The position numbers were made by a program, and so were the translations under genes. From contig JAZDIV010000013.1 in assembly GCA_043804695.1 (NCBI GenBank), forward strand, positions 1 to 14,016: 14,016 bases of DNA, written 5' to 3'. This DNA is from PVC group bacterium. Lineage in GTDB: Bacteria > Auribacterota > Erginobacteria > Erginobacterales > Erginobacteraceae. Every line of letters starts with the position of its first letter. Positions within the stretch are counted from its first letter, which is position 1. The notes under the pieces were generated by a model. That model had not been told where the DNA came from, searched no databases, and saw only the letters and a list, made by a program, of their open reading frames with translations. Below, one piece after another: positions 13,987-14,016 of this stretch.

Positions 13987-14016
13987 CTAATGGCTCCCCG
14001 CCGCGAGCGCCGGGGG
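13987..14016 (-). CDS. Probable 3' end of an upstream gene, truncated by the window edge
   Basis: Minus frame reads PPALAAGSH-TAG with GC-rich codons and ends just before the intergenic motif. Only 30 nt are visible. Confidence 0.3.
   Translation of the reverse strand, partial: PPALAAGSH

Overview
GC-rich bacterial window with two convergent gene blocks. Plus strand (377-6084): a compact, apparently self-contained six-gene operon encoding a secreted coiled-coil/LysM protein, a 707-aa protein that looks like a natural FliF(ring motif)-TM-FliG(M+C, C duplicated) fusion, FlbD/SwrD, MotA and two tandem MotB paralogues. No export-gate, rod, hook, filament, FliM/FliN or FliL gene is in the operon, which is bounded upstream by about 375 nt of structured non-coding DNA and downstream by a convergent locus. 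It reads as a stripped-down rotor-plus-stator module and is a candidate filament-less ion-driven rotary machine, the main finding here. Minus strand (6301-13957): the distal part of a surface-polysaccharide locus with three GT4 glycosyltransferases, a Gfo/Idh/MocA dehydrogenase, a WbpD-like N-acetyltransferase, a polysaccharide deacetylase and a radical SAM/SPASM-type enzyme. Intergenic spacers carry several small repeat families: a 27-bp palindrome x3, a 25-bp pre-start motif x2-3, a hexamer-built inverted-repeat element and a perfect 46-bp palindrome. All family calls come from by-eye motif recognition; no searches were run.
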